64,000 nt of DNA from TPA_inf: Saccharomyces (Eukaryota): contig BK006946.2 in NCBI GenBank assembly GCA_000146045.2, forward strand, positions 128,001 to 192,000. The letters run 5' to 3'. Made by a program: the position numbers and the translations under genes. The notes under the pieces are model-generated. The model was not told where the DNA came from, did no database searches, and worked only from the letters and a program-made list of their open reading frames with translations. Positions 43,594 to 55,369 of the stretch are shown piece after piece (position 1 is the first letter of the stretch; each line of letters begins with the position of its first letter).

Positions 43594-44901
43594 ATGGACT
43601 ACAACAAGAGATCTTCGGTCTCAACCGTGCCTAATGCAGCTCCCATAAGAGTCGGATTCGTCGGTCTCAACGCAGCCAAAGGATGGGCAATCAAGACACA
43701 TTACCCCGCCATACTGCAACTATCGTCACAATTTCAAATCACTGCCTTATACAGTCCAAAAATTGAGACTTCTATTGCCACCATTCAGCGTCTAAAATTG
43801 AGTAATGCCACTGCTTTTCCCACTTTAGAGTCATTTGCATCATCTTCCACTATAGATATGATAGTGATAGCTATCCAAGTGGCCAGCCATTATGAAGTTG
43901 TTATGCCTCTCTTGGAATTCTCCAAAAATAATCCGAACCTCAAGTATCTTTTCGTAGAATGGGCCCTTGCATGTTCACTAGATCAAGCCGAATCCATTTA
44001 TAAGGCTGCTGCTGAACGTGGGGTTCAAACCATCATCTCTTTACAAGGTCGTAAATCACCATATATTTTGAGAGCAAAAGAATTAATATCTCAAGGCTAT
44101 ATCGGCGACATTAATTCGATCGAGATTGCTGGAAATGGCGGTTGGTACGGCTACGAAAGGCCTGTTAAATCACCAAAATACATCTATGAAATCGGGAACG
44201 GTGTAGATCTGGTAACCACAACATTTGGTCACACAATCGATATTTTACAATACATGACAAGTTCGTACTTTTCCAGGATAAATGCAATGGTTTTCAATAA
44301 TATTCCAGAGCAAGAGCTGATAGATGAGCGTGGTAACCGATTGGGCCAGCGAGTCCCAAAGACAGTACCGGATCATCTTTTATTCCAAGGCACATTGTTA
44401 AATGGCAATGTTCCAGTGTCATGCAGTTTCAAAGGTGGCAAACCTACCAAAAAATTTACCAAAAATTTGGTCATTGACATTCACGGTACCAAGGGAGATT
44501 TGAAACTTGAAGGCGATGCCGGCTTCGCAGAAATTTCAAATCTGGTCCTTTACTACAGTGGAACTAGAGCAAACGACTTCCCGCTAGCCAATGGACAACA
44601 AGCTCCTTTAGACCCGGGGTATGATGCAGGTAAAGAAATCATGGAAGTATATCATTTACGAAATTATAATGCCATTGTGGGTAATATTCATCGACTGTAT
44701 CAATCTATCTCTGACTTCCACTTCAATACAAAGAAAATTCCTGAATTACCCTCACAATTTGTAATGCAAGGTTTCGATTTCGAAGGCTTTCCCACCTTGA
44801 TGGATGCTCTGATATTACACAGGTTAATCGAGAGCGTTTATAAAAGTAACATGATGGGCTCCACATTAAACGTTAGCAATATCTCGCATTATAGTTTATA
44901 A
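43594..44901 (+). CDS. GAL80: Gal4 repressor Gal80, 435 aa from the ATG at 43594 (MDYNKRSSVSTVPNAAPIRVGFVGL...), with a GFO/IDH/MocA-type Rossmann fold
   Basis: The track ORF of 454 aa starts at an upstream non-ATG codon. Sequence matches Gal80. Confidence 0.95.
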   Translation: MDYNKRSSVSTVPNAAPIRVGFVGLNAAKGWAIKTHYPAILQLSSQFQITALYSPKIETSIATIQRLKLSNATAFPTLESFASSSTIDMIVIAIQVASHYEVVMPLLEFSKNNPNLKYLFVEWALACSLDQAESIYKAAAERGVQTIISLQGRKSPYILRAKELISQGYIGDINSIEIAGNGGWYGYERPVKSPKYIYEIGNGVDLVTTTFGHTIDILQYMTSSYFSRINAMVFNNIPEQELIDERGNRLGQRVPKTVPDHLLFQGTLLNGNVPVSCSFKGGKPTKKFTKNLVIDIHGTKGDLKLEGDAGFAEISNLVLYYSGTRANDFPLANGQQAPLDPGYDAGKEIMEVYHLRNYNAIVGNIHRLYQSISDFHFNTKKIPELPSQFVMQGFDFEGFPTLMDALILHRLIESVYKSNMMGSTLNVSNISHYSL

Positions 44902-45138
44902 AAGCATCTTGCCCTGTGCTTGGCCCCCAGTGCAGCGAACGTTATAAAAACGAATACTGAGTATATATCTATGTAAAACAACCATATCATTTCTTGTTCT
45001 GAACTTTGTTTACCTAACTAGTTTTAAATTTCCCTTTTTCGTGCATGCGGGTGTTCTTATTTATTAGCATACTACATTTGAAATATCAAATTTCCTTAGT
45101 AGAAAAGTGAGAGAAGGTGCACTGACACAAAAAATAAA

Positions 45139-46074
45139 ATGCTACGTATAACTGTCAAAACTTTGCAGCAGCGGGCATCCTTCCATCATAGCTTCAAACA
45201 TATTAGCGTTCCTGATCTTCATACCCGTGCTCAAAATGATCAAACAAACTGTTATTGCCAAGAAATAAACGCAAGGCTGCCTTCAAAAACTGATCCATTA
45301 GATCCTCATATCAAGCTTCCTCATAGAACGCCCAATTACAATAAGCATGTTTTGCTGTTATCACCGGGTGATAGGTTTGCTCAACCATGGAAGGTAGCAT
45401 GGAATCATAATTTGGATACTAATACAAATCGGCCATATAATGCCATTAGTAAATTGCGCTCCCATTTAGGTGGTTCTCCAGGAATACTAATAAATGCGGT
45501 GCATTTGCAAAATGAATTTATTCCAAGGCCAAAACAACACGATGAATGGCTTTATTTTTTTGTTATTCCTGACATGAAGCTTTATGTAATTAAGGAAACG
45601 GACATCGAGGAATTTGCATCTTTTTTAGATGAAGGAGCTATTCAAGCACCAAAGCTATCCTTCCAGGATTATTTAAGCGGTAAGGCCAAGGCTTCCCAAC
45701 AGGTTCATGAAGTGCATCATAGAAAGCTTACAAGGTTTCAGGGTGAAACTTTTCTAAGAGATTGGAACTTAGTCTGTGGGCATTATAAGAGAGATGCTAA
45801 GTGTGGAGAAATGGGACCCGACATAATTGCAGCATTTCAAGATGAAAAGCTTTTTCCTGAGAATAATCTAGCCTTAATTTCTCATATTGGGGGTCATATT
45901 TTTGCTGGTAATGTCATTTTCTATAAACTATTCGGCAGAGAAAAGATGCAAAACAAGCTGGATTCATTATGGTTTGGTAAAGTTTACCCACACAACTTGA
46001 AGCTGTTATGTGAAAACTTGGAAAACGGTAAAATCATCGACGAAATGTACAGAGGTGGCATATCGATGAATTAA
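45139..46074 (+). CDS. AIM32: Mitochondrial thioredoxin-like ferredoxin family protein, 311 aa
   Basis: ORF track; begins MLRITVKTLQQRASFHHSF. CxxC / HxGGH motifs; position between GAL80 and RSE1. Confidence 0.78.
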   Translation: MLRITVKTLQQRASFHHSFKHISVPDLHTRAQNDQTNCYCQEINARLPSKTDPLDPHIKLPHRTPNYNKHVLLLSPGDRFAQPWKVAWNHNLDTNTNRPYNAISKLRSHLGGSPGILINAVHLQNEFIPRPKQHDEWLYFFVIPDMKLYVIKETDIEEFASFLDEGAIQAPKLSFQDYLSGKAKASQQVHEVHHRKLTRFQGETFLRDWNLVCGHYKRDAKCGEMGPDIIAAFQDEKLFPENNLALISHIGGHIFAGNVIFYKLFGREKMQNKLDSLWFGKVYPHNLKLLCENLENGKIIDEMYRGGISMN

Positions 46075-46219
46075 AACGGTTTCCTTTTAAAACAGAAATA
46101 AAGATGAGGTGAAATTTTATATTTCTTATATTTAAAGCTATCATATATTCCTTGTACATATATTTATTAAGAAAATACATTAACACGCCTTTATACTTGG
46201 TATTATTACTGTAAAATCA

Positions 46220-49200
46220 TTACATGTAATTTGTTCTGACTTCGTTGATTGTTTGAATTATATCCTCCACTTGTACACTCTTTAAATTTTTGGCCAAAAA
46301 TTCCTGCTCATTCAAGGAAAGTCTCAGGAAATTTTCACATAAATCACCATCAATAACTTTACGTACAGGGGCATAATAGCTTCTGTATTCTTGGTGGTCT
46401 CTACCTAAAATGGAACAGGAACCCTCACATATTATTTCATCCTCTATACCATGCCGTCCTTGTAACACAACACTTCCAGATTCCTCTTCATCGTCTTCCT
46501 TACGCATATTGTTATTCTTCTTTCTTGATTCATAATCTAAATAAAACGTATCATCCGCCTCAGCCATTATATTCTCAATGTTTCCCATCATAAAAACATT
46601 CCCCTTGGATAATAAGGGGATAAAGCATCCCACGGTTCCTTGTAAGCCCATATAGATACAACCAGGTCTATCAGAATTTGAAAGGCTGTCCAGGATATGG
46701 AAATCAGTGATGATATCATTAACAAAGAAGTGGTTCAGTAGTTGAAACTTGAACTTGCAATCATAAGTATTGGGTAATTTCTGCTGTAAAGTGATGACGT
46801 CTAGTGGGTACTTGATGGCCCCATTAGATAATTCGCTGGGATCATGATTTGACATGATTTTTTCGCACTCTGGTGGAGACCTTAAAGTCCACGCATTTCC
46901 ATATCTATCAGCGCCTATAACAGTTGCCTCATCTAGAAATTTCAATACCGTCACATGGCGTTTTACAGAGTCATCTACGTACGGAATAAATACATTCCCC
47001 GCAGGATCCCAGATAAATAAAGTGACAGATTCATGTATATCACCAACGGCCAGTCTTTCATAATTCCACTGGTGCATAGACACAATTTTTGTTATGGATA
47101 CCGGGGTCTGTGTTACGGACCTTCTTAATAATTGCTTTTTCCCCAAACCATAAAGGACAATAGTGGAGCCCATGGCTGTCAGCAAGAAGTTTTTAAACTT
47201 CAACATAGCATGTATTGGTGAAATGATTTCTGTTTGGTGAAGTAATTCAATATCAAAAGATAGTTTATCTTTGTTAACTAATATCTTGTATGTTAACAGC
47301 CTTTTGTCGCCAGCACAAATGATCAAATGATCAGCTTGTCTTGTGAAATCTATTATAGCAGCGGAAACGCAATCGATATCGTCCAGTATCTTGTATAAAT
47401 GATCCGAACTGCCAAACTTTAAGCATTCACCATCAATTTGCAGTGATATACGGCATTGTTTCTTACCACTGTGATTATCAATAAACAAAATGCTTTTCGG
47501 ATTATTGGGAAATGATAAAATAGTACGAGGTCGGAATGTAGATATTTGTAACATTTCCATTTCTTCTTCCATTTCATCTTCTTCCTCTTCATTGCTTTCA
47601 TCTCCTCCACCGTTCTCTTGCTTGTTAACACTTGATTCATGAACGTGAAACCAGTTATCCAAAGTTGGAAAGTTGGAAACTCTGCCAATATTTAAGCGTC
47701 CTGAGCTCGATATTGAACAAACACCGTTGATTGCAACATCTGCGTTAACAAATTTGGAACAACTTAGCATGTTTTGATCCTTTAACTGCCGTATGGTCCA
47801 CACATTTTTCCACGTGTAGCTTACCCATGTAGAAGAGGAATGGCAAACCACGCATGACATCCATTTAGCTCCACTACTATTTATTTCTTCTTCTTCTTTT
47901 TCATCATCATCGTCTTCTTCTTCTTCTTCTTCTTCCTCATTATTTAGTGATACAGATATCTCACGCAAATACGAAAGGGAAACAGGCTTCAAGCCAAGGA
48001 ATCGCCTTTTTATGTCAGTGAACGATCCGTCAACATCCCCTATATGAAATTTCATGTAAACGCCATTTTCTAAACCTACATGCAAATTAAGCTGTCCTAT
48101 TGAGGAATCTCTAACCATTATCATGTCAGAAATCTTTTCACTAACTAATTGCAAACTTATTACAGTTAAAAAATCTTCCTTTTGGTCTTTAAGAGACATT
48201 ATTTTGATCATACCCTCATTGTCAGCAATGGCTAATAAATCAGCATGCTGCGTATCTTGCACAATCGCAACTTTAGAGGGCATTGTGTCCAATTCTGGGT
48301 GGGTGGTTAATTCGATTAACGAATCCGAAGATACATCTATCTTGAAATAAACCAATTCGTAATTTGATAATGATATAATTAGTTGTGTTTTCGAGGACGT
48401 GGCACATACAATACGAATTCCCGCTGGTGGCACCCAAGTCAGCTTATTAGAATACCTAGATTTACCAGTCGGTACGATATGTCTTAGTTCTGCGGTGCAT
48501 ACTTGGATAATAGAGTGTGAGCCCATTAGGCATGTATGAATTGTTGTGTCCTGAGAGAGCTTGAAAGCTGAACGCGTTGCTTCATCCGGTGTTAGTTCCT
48601 CCATGGACTCGTTGTCAATTTGTAGTATCATAGTTTTCTTGGGAAAAGTTATGAACAAAAGAGTATTGTTATCGCCGGTTGTTGCAGGATCGGGTATTAG
48701 CCATAACTTGGTTGCGTTCGGGGGTAAACTAGTAGATATCAAATTAGAGTAATTCACAGCATTTGTTAAAGTTATTATCTTGTTGTTTGTAAAATGTTTA
48801 GTGGCGATAGACAGTGGCGAATCACTGACAATTTGAGATTTTATTGAAGGGTTCAAATTCAATTGTTGCGATAATATGCTCAAATTCTGCAACTTTATGG
48901 ATGGTTCGAAAACTAGCGACTTATTTGGATCTTTTGAGGTTAAAACATTAGAAAAATCATTTTTCTCTACACCAAGTTTCTCAAACTGGAAAAGAAAGTT
49001 GTTATTCATTTCAGATAGTGCAAAAAGATAACCGTTTTTGAAAATGTGTAATTGGTGTGAATTTTGGATTGTATCAAAGTAGGACAATTGAACTAAAGGT
49101 CTATTTCTATCATTAGTGTCTGGACTTACAGTTAACTTAAAAAGATCGCCATGGTTAGATTGTAAAAGTACGAAAAAATCATTTTTCAATTTCTGCACTA

Positions 49201-50305
49201 TGCCTGATATGATTGTTACATTTTTATGACGGCTATTTGTGATAGATCTTTTGGGTATTTCCACTTTCAGGCTGAAAAATCCGTTCATATCCTTTACCAG
49301 AATATGATTTTCGAAGCCTATGACAACAAAAGGGTTGAAAAGGGTATCATAGTCAGCATCATAGTTGTTGTCGCTTAGCGAAGTTGTTATATTATATCGC
49401 GATAGATCTGGCAAACTCAGTACGAAATTGGCAGATGGGTTAACTAAATAATCTGCCTTCTTGACGATGTGATTCAAACCCAACTCGAGGACATAAAATA
49501 TCAAGTGTACTGATAGTTGAGTAGCGGCATTGTCGATTTCTAAGGTAACAAAACATGGATTATTGAAATTTACATCAACAACTGCCATATCCAGCGTTAC
49601 CATATGGGGTCTGATGATTTCCAATGGAGACGAAATCCTCAATTTTTGAGCATAATCAACGAGGAAACACAATTTATTTTGTTCGACAGATGAGAGAATG
49701 ATACAACGCCCATTAGGGTCAATTTCCATGTATGATATGGGAGAGACTCTTCGAAGGGTGGTCCTCGTCAATGGCTGGTTCACTAAAGTCTTAAGTCTAA
49801 GAGCACCTGCATGCATAATGATTTGCACGATACTTAGGTTACCAGAATCGGAAGTTAGCGCTAGAAAAGTGGGCCAGTTGGAAGCTTTTGCCCTTGACCC
49901 TGAATGCGGCAGATCCAGCGACTTCATCGAGGTTATCGTCGCAAACAGGTTTTGAAACTTGGCAATAAGCTTTAGTTCCCCATCTGCAGTATCATAAAGT
50001 TCTAAATGCGTCTCAGTAGCTACGCACAATTGCGACTGCTCACGCTTGGACCCTGCTTCCAGATCGACGAAGTGTCCGATGCAGGAGTGCACGAAATTCG
50101 TCTGTTTCTTTAAAGTAAGATGGTACAAGTATAGCTCATCATCTTTAGCAACCATTGTTATGTTATGGTCACTCCTTGTTCTTCTTTCAGCCTCTCGTTT
50201 TAAACCGTCATAAGCCATCGTTGTGCTAGCTTGCCCAAATAGTTTACGCATCTTCGCCGTGTGGGGCGACAAGCTTACTACTGCCATTTTGCCACCTCCC
50301 CACAT
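46220..50305 (-). CDS. RSE1: SF3b complex subunit (SAP130 homolog), 1361 aa, WD/beta-propeller-like repeats
   Basis: ORF track; length 1361 aa; acidic insertions encoded by GAA/GAG runs around 47880-47940. Confidence 0.9.
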   Translation of the reverse strand: MWGGGKMAVVSLSPHTAKMRKLFGQASTTMAYDGLKREAERRTRSDHNITMVAKDDELYLYHLTLKKQTNFVHSCIGHFVDLEAGSKREQSQLCVATETHLELYDTADGELKLIAKFQNLFATITSMKSLDLPHSGSRAKASNWPTFLALTSDSGNLSIVQIIMHAGALRLKTLVNQPLTRTTLRRVSPISYMEIDPNGRCIILSSVEQNKLCFLVDYAQKLRISSPLEIIRPHMVTLDMAVVDVNFNNPCFVTLEIDNAATQLSVHLIFYVLELGLNHIVKKADYLVNPSANFVLSLPDLSRYNITTSLSDNNYDADYDTLFNPFVVIGFENHILVKDMNGFFSLKVEIPKRSITNSRHKNVTIISGIVQKLKNDFFVLLQSNHGDLFKLTVSPDTNDRNRPLVQLSYFDTIQNSHQLHIFKNGYLFALSEMNNNFLFQFEKLGVEKNDFSNVLTSKDPNKSLVFEPSIKLQNLSILSQQLNLNPSIKSQIVSDSPLSIATKHFTNNKIITLTNAVNYSNLISTSLPPNATKLWLIPDPATTGDNNTLLFITFPKKTMILQIDNESMEELTPDEATRSAFKLSQDTTIHTCLMGSHSIIQVCTAELRHIVPTGKSRYSNKLTWVPPAGIRIVCATSSKTQLIISLSNYELVYFKIDVSSDSLIELTTHPELDTMPSKVAIVQDTQHADLLAIADNEGMIKIMSLKDQKEDFLTVISLQLVSEKISDMIMVRDSSIGQLNLHVGLENGVYMKFHIGDVDGSFTDIKRRFLGLKPVSLSYLREISVSLNNEEEEEEEEDDDDEKEEEEINSSGAKWMSCVVCHSSSTWVSYTWKNVWTIRQLKDQNMLSCSKFVNADVAINGVCSISSSGRLNIGRVSNFPTLDNWFHVHESSVNKQENGGGDESNEEEEDEMEEEMEMLQISTFRPRTILSFPNNPKSILFIDNHSGKKQCRISLQIDGECLKFGSSDHLYKILDDIDCVSAAIIDFTRQADHLIICAGDKRLLTYKILVNKDKLSFDIELLHQTEIISPIHAMLKFKNFLLTAMGSTIVLYGLGKKQLLRRSVTQTPVSITKIVSMHQWNYERLAVGDIHESVTLFIWDPAGNVFIPYVDDSVKRHVTVLKFLDEATVIGADRYGNAWTLRSPPECEKIMSNHDPSELSNGAIKYPLDVITLQQKLPNTYDCKFKFQLLNHFFVNDIITDFHILDSLSNSDRPGCIYMGLQGTVGCFIPLLSKGNVFMMGNIENIMAEADDTFYLDYESRKKNNNMRKEDDEEESGSVVLQGRHGIEDEIICEGSCSILGRDHQEYRSYYAPVRKVIDGDLCENFLRLSLNEQEFLAKNLKSVQVEDIIQTINEVRTNYM

Positions 50306-50425
50306 TTAATGATGGAAAATATTATAAAAAAGCGAGAAAAGAAGCTAATGGTGCCATTGTTTTCCTTTTTAGAGAGGGGCAGCAGAGATCGGTGGACTTT
50401 GTTTTGATAGAGGGCGATTGCAAGC

Positions 50426-51637
50426 ATGGAGATTTACATTAGACTTAACGCAGATGTCGAGCACGACTATGCGTTTCAGGTGTCAAATGAAGACACCATA
50501 AATAACAAAATTAAGAAGATTTTCCCTTCCAAGACGGGTTTGGCGGACTTAATGGTGCTGAGACCATCAATTTTCCATGAGAAGGAGCCCGTAAAGTTCT
50601 ATAAGTCTATCCATCCAGGGTACCTGTCCGAAGGTGGTTGTTTGATGTTCCATTATGAAGCTGATAACGAAGAAAATCTCGAGGAGTTGAATGACTCCAA
50701 GCCGCTTATTGACCAGTTGTGGCCTGGTCAGCTAGTTGTTCCGGAGTGGAAGCTATCCAAGAAAAACATATGGGTATACACCATTATTATGTTGGCCTGG
50801 CTATATACCGATTTGCCCGACGCCATTTCTCCAACCCCAGGTATTTGTTTGACTAATCAATTGTCTAGACTATTGATTCCTGTAGCCAAGCACATGGATT
50901 TACCTGAAATTGCCGCTAAACTCGAACAAGAAGTTCAGGCAAACTATTCTAGTCTCGTAGCTCAATGGCTTTTCTTTGTCATGCACATTTTCAAAGTGGG
51001 CATAATTACTTTATTCCTCAAATTAGGCATTGCCAACCCCATCAGCTTCAATCCTTACAAGTTATGGAGTTTGAGAGATTTAACTTCTCCTTCTGCTAAC
51101 GGCGCTAAGAATTCTGGCGGCAATAACAACACTACTGACTTAAAGACACGTTTGCGCTCTCTGGGCTGGATTGGTGCTAAGAGAGCTACTTACGACGATT
51201 ACCAGACTAACTATTACAACTATGTCATAGATAAGATGGGTGGTGCAGTTGCTGCTTATAGAGCGGGCGCGATTAGGAAAGCTGCAGCACCAGGTATCCA
51301 ACTTGTGGCTGGAGAGGGTTTCCAAAGTCCTCTAGAAGATAGGTTCACTGCTTCCACTTTCACGGCTATTAAAACCGAACGGAAATTCATTTTAAGTGAA
51401 GAATACTTTGTGGAGCTGGAAAACAATCTAAAGAAGATCTTGGAAGAGTATGACGGGGATATTGGTAAGATGAATGCTGAAATTAGGAGGTTTAGAAGGT
51501 TTGGTATTTATGAACCAGATGAAAAACTGGCCTCGCTAGTTAAGCTCAGAAGAGAAATTGCTGATGAGAAAGAGAAAGCATCAAACAATGATGCTACTTT
51601 TGGTATAAAAAAGAATGATTTGAAAAAATCTAATTAA
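50426..51637 (+). CDS. GSF2: ER membrane protein needed for hexose transporter export, 403 aa
   Basis: ORF track; begins MEIYIRLNADVEHDYAFQVSNEDTINNKIKKIF. Confidence 0.85.
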   Translation: MEIYIRLNADVEHDYAFQVSNEDTINNKIKKIFPSKTGLADLMVLRPSIFHEKEPVKFYKSIHPGYLSEGGCLMFHYEADNEENLEELNDSKPLIDQLWPGQLVVPEWKLSKKNIWVYTIIMLAWLYTDLPDAISPTPGICLTNQLSRLLIPVAKHMDLPEIAAKLEQEVQANYSSLVAQWLFFVMHIFKVGIITLFLKLGIANPISFNPYKLWSLRDLTSPSANGAKNSGGNNNTTDLKTRLRSLGWIGAKRATYDDYQTNYYNYVIDKMGGAVAAYRAGAIRKAAAPGIQLVAGEGFQSPLEDRFTASTFTAIKTERKFILSEEYFVELENNLKKILEEYDGDIGKMNAEIRRFRRFGIYEPDEKLASLVKLRREIADEKEKASNNDATFGIKKNDLKKSN

Positions 51638-51694
51638 TTGTAAAACCAAAACACTACCATCCAGACTTTTTTTTTATTCAACCATAGCCTTTAA

Positions 51695-51748
51695 CTACTA
51701 CTACTACTACTAGTACTACTACTATTACTATTACTATTACTACTACTA
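51695..51748. repeat. (ACT)n / (ATT)n trinucleotide microsatellite in the GSF2 3' flank
   Basis: Reads ACTACTACTACTACTAGTACTACTACTATTACTATTACTATTACTACTACT directly. Confidence 0.85.
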
Positions 51749-52016
51749 GAGGGCCTTTTTTTACTCCTAGTATTTTTGTACTATCCTATTTACTCTCGTT
51801 GTTTTTATTAGTTTTTTCACTCTTTTTTTCAATTCCTCACGAATCTACTGTTTTCGTAGTGCTTTTTTTTGTTTCATTGTTTATAGCCATCAATGGTTTT
51901 TGTTACTATCATTATCATTATAAATATTTCATACAATATATACAATATATATACAATAAATGAGAATCGATTTACTTTTAATGCATTTTTGCAGTCAAAA
52001 AAAGCTTCGTTTACAT

Positions 52017-53075
52017 TTATATGTATTTATGTTTGTATTTCTGGGGGAAATATGCCTTTATGGGCGTATATACTCTTTCGTACGTTTCTACATCCGAGTA
52101 GCAGTAGTAACTCGGTATTGTGCTTTCGTCGCCATAATCAGGACTATCATAATCGAATTTTTTTTGCGTTTTGTTGTCACCACATATGGTCCCTTCTTCC
52201 TCATCATCTATCAATATTCCCAATTCGTAGACAGTTCTACTTAAATTCTCGTCAATGACTTTAGACACATACTTTCGTAGTTTCAATTCATACCCCTTAA
52301 CCTTCCTTTTACTAGACAAAAATCTCGGACGTATAAAAATGATGAATATTATTATGCTTAGAATTAATTTGCTTATTAAAATTACCCATATGATAAACGA
52401 GAACAACATGAAGGACAAGATCACACTTTCTTCGTAATTTGTCTTAGCAATATGTTTTATCTTGTTTATTATTCCATTTAGGTCATCTAAATTACCTAGG
52501 CTTTGAGTACTATGGGTTCCGCTACTGGTCTCATTCGAAACTGTCAGTAAAACTGACCACAAAGTTAATCCGTTGATTATTTGCCTTGGAGAGTCACCGA
52601 ACAATAGCCTCAAACATCCACTGATTTCAAAATATGAAAAGAATAACCACTTACTGAATTTTTTCTCATCAGTCAGCACTATTAGTTCGAAAATTTGATA
52701 CTTTTTGAAATTGAACAAGCAATTTATTAATCTGCTAATGCCATTCATGTAGTTCGATGTAATCTCTTTCTTCCTATACACTCTCAATCCAATTACCAAC
52801 TCCCAAATTAATATTAATGAGGAGCATAATATGCATCCGCTAAACAACCATTTTGAAATACGGAATTCCAAGAATGGTTGGATGATATTGTTCGACCATG
52901 TGTTAAATGCCAGTAATTTAATACACGTGTATATATCAGAAAAAAACATGGCCACATGTAGTATCGACTGACACCAGGTGTATAGAATATACTGTAATTT
53001 TGTGGTCCACTTCGCAGTAGGAATAAGATTTATGTCAATATCCTGGAATTTCAATTTTTGTAAACTTGATTCCAT
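52017..53075 (-). CDS. PRM6: Pheromone-regulated multi-pass membrane protein (Kch-family), 352 aa
   Basis: ORF track; begins MESSLQKLKFQDIDINLIPTAKW; hydrophobic helices; position next to PRP39. Confidence 0.78.
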   Translation of the reverse strand: MESSLQKLKFQDIDINLIPTAKWTTKLQYILYTWCQSILHVAMFFSDIYTCIKLLAFNTWSNNIIQPFLEFRISKWLFSGCILCSSLILIWELVIGLRVYRKKEITSNYMNGISRLINCLFNFKKYQIFELIVLTDEKKFSKWLFFSYFEISGCLRLLFGDSPRQIINGLTLWSVLLTVSNETSSGTHSTQSLGNLDDLNGIINKIKHIAKTNYEESVILSFMLFSFIIWVILISKLILSIIIFIIFIRPRFLSSKRKVKGYELKLRKYVSKVIDENLSRTVYELGILIDDEEEGTICGDNKTQKKFDYDSPDYGDESTIPSYYCYSDVETYERVYTPIKAYFPQKYKHKYI

Positions 53076-53473
53076 TATTTAGCGCTTTGTTGTCATTTTC
53101 CTTTCCCTCTTAGACAATGTGGTAAAAAATGCCAGCTCCAGGGCTTTCAATTAATCCATTATTGATTTTTAATCTGGAGGTTTGAGCATGGCTGAATAAT
53201 TTATATACAAATATCTTTTTTTATTGTTTCAGATCATTCGTTTTCAGTATGATTTACTATCATTCATTTTCTTTTTCTTTACCATTTTACGTCGCCGTCG
53301 CACATCTTAAAACAAATTTAATACAGAGTTGAAAGTTTCAGACTTAAACAGAATTTACGCAAGAAAGTTTTCAAAGTCCTAAAGTAAAAACGCGCCTTCC
53401 ACAGCCATTTCTTTGTTCAACAAAAAGTTTTGGCCCTTACTGCTATTGGATACTTGGCAATCCGTCTTTCGTT

Positions 53474-55363
53474 ATGCCAGATGAAACAAATTTTACAATA
53501 GAAGATATTGAGCCTAGGCCTGATGCCCTTCGAGGTTTGGACACCCAGTTCCTTCAAGACAACACAGCATTAGTACAAGCATATCGTGGTTTAGACTGGT
53601 CAGATATTTCTTCGTTGACCCAAATGGTAGATGTTATAGAGCAAACAGTGGTTAAATATGGCAATCCAAATGATTCAATCAAATTGGCCTTGGAAACTAT
53701 TTTATGGCAAATATTGCGTAAGTACCCTTTATTGTTTGGATTTTGGAAGAGGTTTGCTACTATTGAGTACCAGTTATTTGGTCTCAAGAAATCGATTGCT
53801 GTTCTGGCCACCTCGGTCAAATGGTTCCCAACTTCTCTGGAGTTATGGTGTGATTATTTGAATGTGTTGTGTGTTAATAACCCGAACGAAACGGATTTTA
53901 TTAGGAATAATTTTGAAATTGCAAAGGATCTTATTGGCAAGCAGTTTCTATCACACCCTTTTTGGGACAAGTTTATAGAATTTGAAGTTGGGCAGAAGAA
54001 TTGGCATAACGTTCAAAGAATATACGAGTACATTATTGAAGTTCCTCTACATCAGTATGCGCGGTTTTTCACATCTTACAAGAAGTTTTTAAATGAAAAA
54101 AATTTGAAGACAACAAGGAATATTGATATAGTTTTACGAAAAACACAAACAACAGTAAATGAAATTTGGCAGTTCGAATCGAAAATCAAACAGCCCTTCT
54201 TCAACCTGGGCCAAGTGTTAAATGATGATTTGGAAAATTGGTCGCGATATTTAAAATTTGTGACGGATCCTTCAAAATCCTTGGATAAAGAATTCGTAAT
54301 GTCCGTTTTTGACAGATGTTTGATTCCTTGTCTTTACCATGAAAATACGTGGATGATGTATATTAAGTGGCTAACAAAGAAAAATATATCCGATGAAGTG
54401 GTAGTGGATATATACCAAAAAGCCAATACGTTCTTACCACTGGATTTCAAAACTTTGAGGTATGATTTTCTTAGGTTTTTGAAAAGAAAATATCGGTCAA
54501 ATAATACCTTATTCAATAACATATTCAATGAGACAGTATCGCGTTATTTAAAGATTTGGCCCAACGACATATTACTTATGACGGAGTACCTTTGTATGTT
54601 GAAAAGACATTCTTTTAAGAATTCCTTAGATCAATCGCCAAAGGAAATTCTAGAGAAACAAACATCGTTTACTAAAATCCTAGAGACATCAATCACCAAC
54701 TACATCAATAATCAAATTGATGCCAAGGTGCATTTACAGACCTTAATAAATGATAAAAACTTAAGCATAGTCGTGGTAGAATTGATAAAAACTACATGGC
54801 TTGTACTTAAAAATAATATGCAAACAAGGAAATATTTCAACCTTTATCAAAAAAACATCCTCATTAAAAATTCTGTACCGTTCTGGTTAACTTACTACAA
54901 ATTTGAAAAGAGTAATGTAAATTTTACCAAGCTGAATAAATTCATTAGGGAGCTTGGGGTAGAAATATACTTGCCGACTACAGTAATGAATGATATTTTG
55001 ACGGATTATAAGACTTTCTATTTAACTCATTCAAATATCGTCACGTATGAATCCTCCATTATAGATTCAAATACATTTGACCCTATCTTGTACCCTGAGC
55101 TGAAAATGTCGAATCCAAAATACGATCCAGTATTAAATACTACAGCAAATGTAGATTGGCATAAAAAGACGGAATGGAAGGAGGCTGGTCACATCGGCAT
55201 AACGACAGAAAGACCGCAGATATCCAACAGTATAATTGAGTGCAATTCAGGAACTTTGATTCAAAAGCCCATCAGTTTGCCTAATTTTAGAAACTTGGAG
55301 AAAATTAATCAGGTCAAGATTAATGATCTATACACTGAAGAATTTCTTAAGGAAGGTAAATGA
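53474..55363 (+). CDS. PRP39: U1 snRNP protein with HAT/TPR-like repeats, 629 aa
   Basis: ORF track; begins MPDETNFTIEDIEPRPDALRGLDTQFLQDNTALVQAYRGLDWSD. Confidence 0.9.
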   Translation: MPDETNFTIEDIEPRPDALRGLDTQFLQDNTALVQAYRGLDWSDISSLTQMVDVIEQTVVKYGNPNDSIKLALETILWQILRKYPLLFGFWKRFATIEYQLFGLKKSIAVLATSVKWFPTSLELWCDYLNVLCVNNPNETDFIRNNFEIAKDLIGKQFLSHPFWDKFIEFEVGQKNWHNVQRIYEYIIEVPLHQYARFFTSYKKFLNEKNLKTTRNIDIVLRKTQTTVNEIWQFESKIKQPFFNLGQVLNDDLENWSRYLKFVTDPSKSLDKEFVMSVFDRCLIPCLYHENTWMMYIKWLTKKNISDEVVVDIYQKANTFLPLDFKTLRYDFLRFLKRKYRSNNTLFNNIFNETVSRYLKIWPNDILLMTEYLCMLKRHSFKNSLDQSPKEILEKQTSFTKILETSITNYINNQIDAKVHLQTLINDKNLSIVVVELIKTTWLVLKNNMQTRKYFNLYQKNILIKNSVPFWLTYYKFEKSNVNFTKLNKFIRELGVEIYLPTTVMNDILTDYKTFYLTHSNIVTYESSIIDSNTFDPILYPELKMSNPKYDPVLNTTANVDWHKKTEWKEAGHIGITTERPQISNSIIECNSGTLIQKPISLPNFRNLEKINQVKINDLYTEEFLKEGK

Positions 55364-55369
55364 AATTAA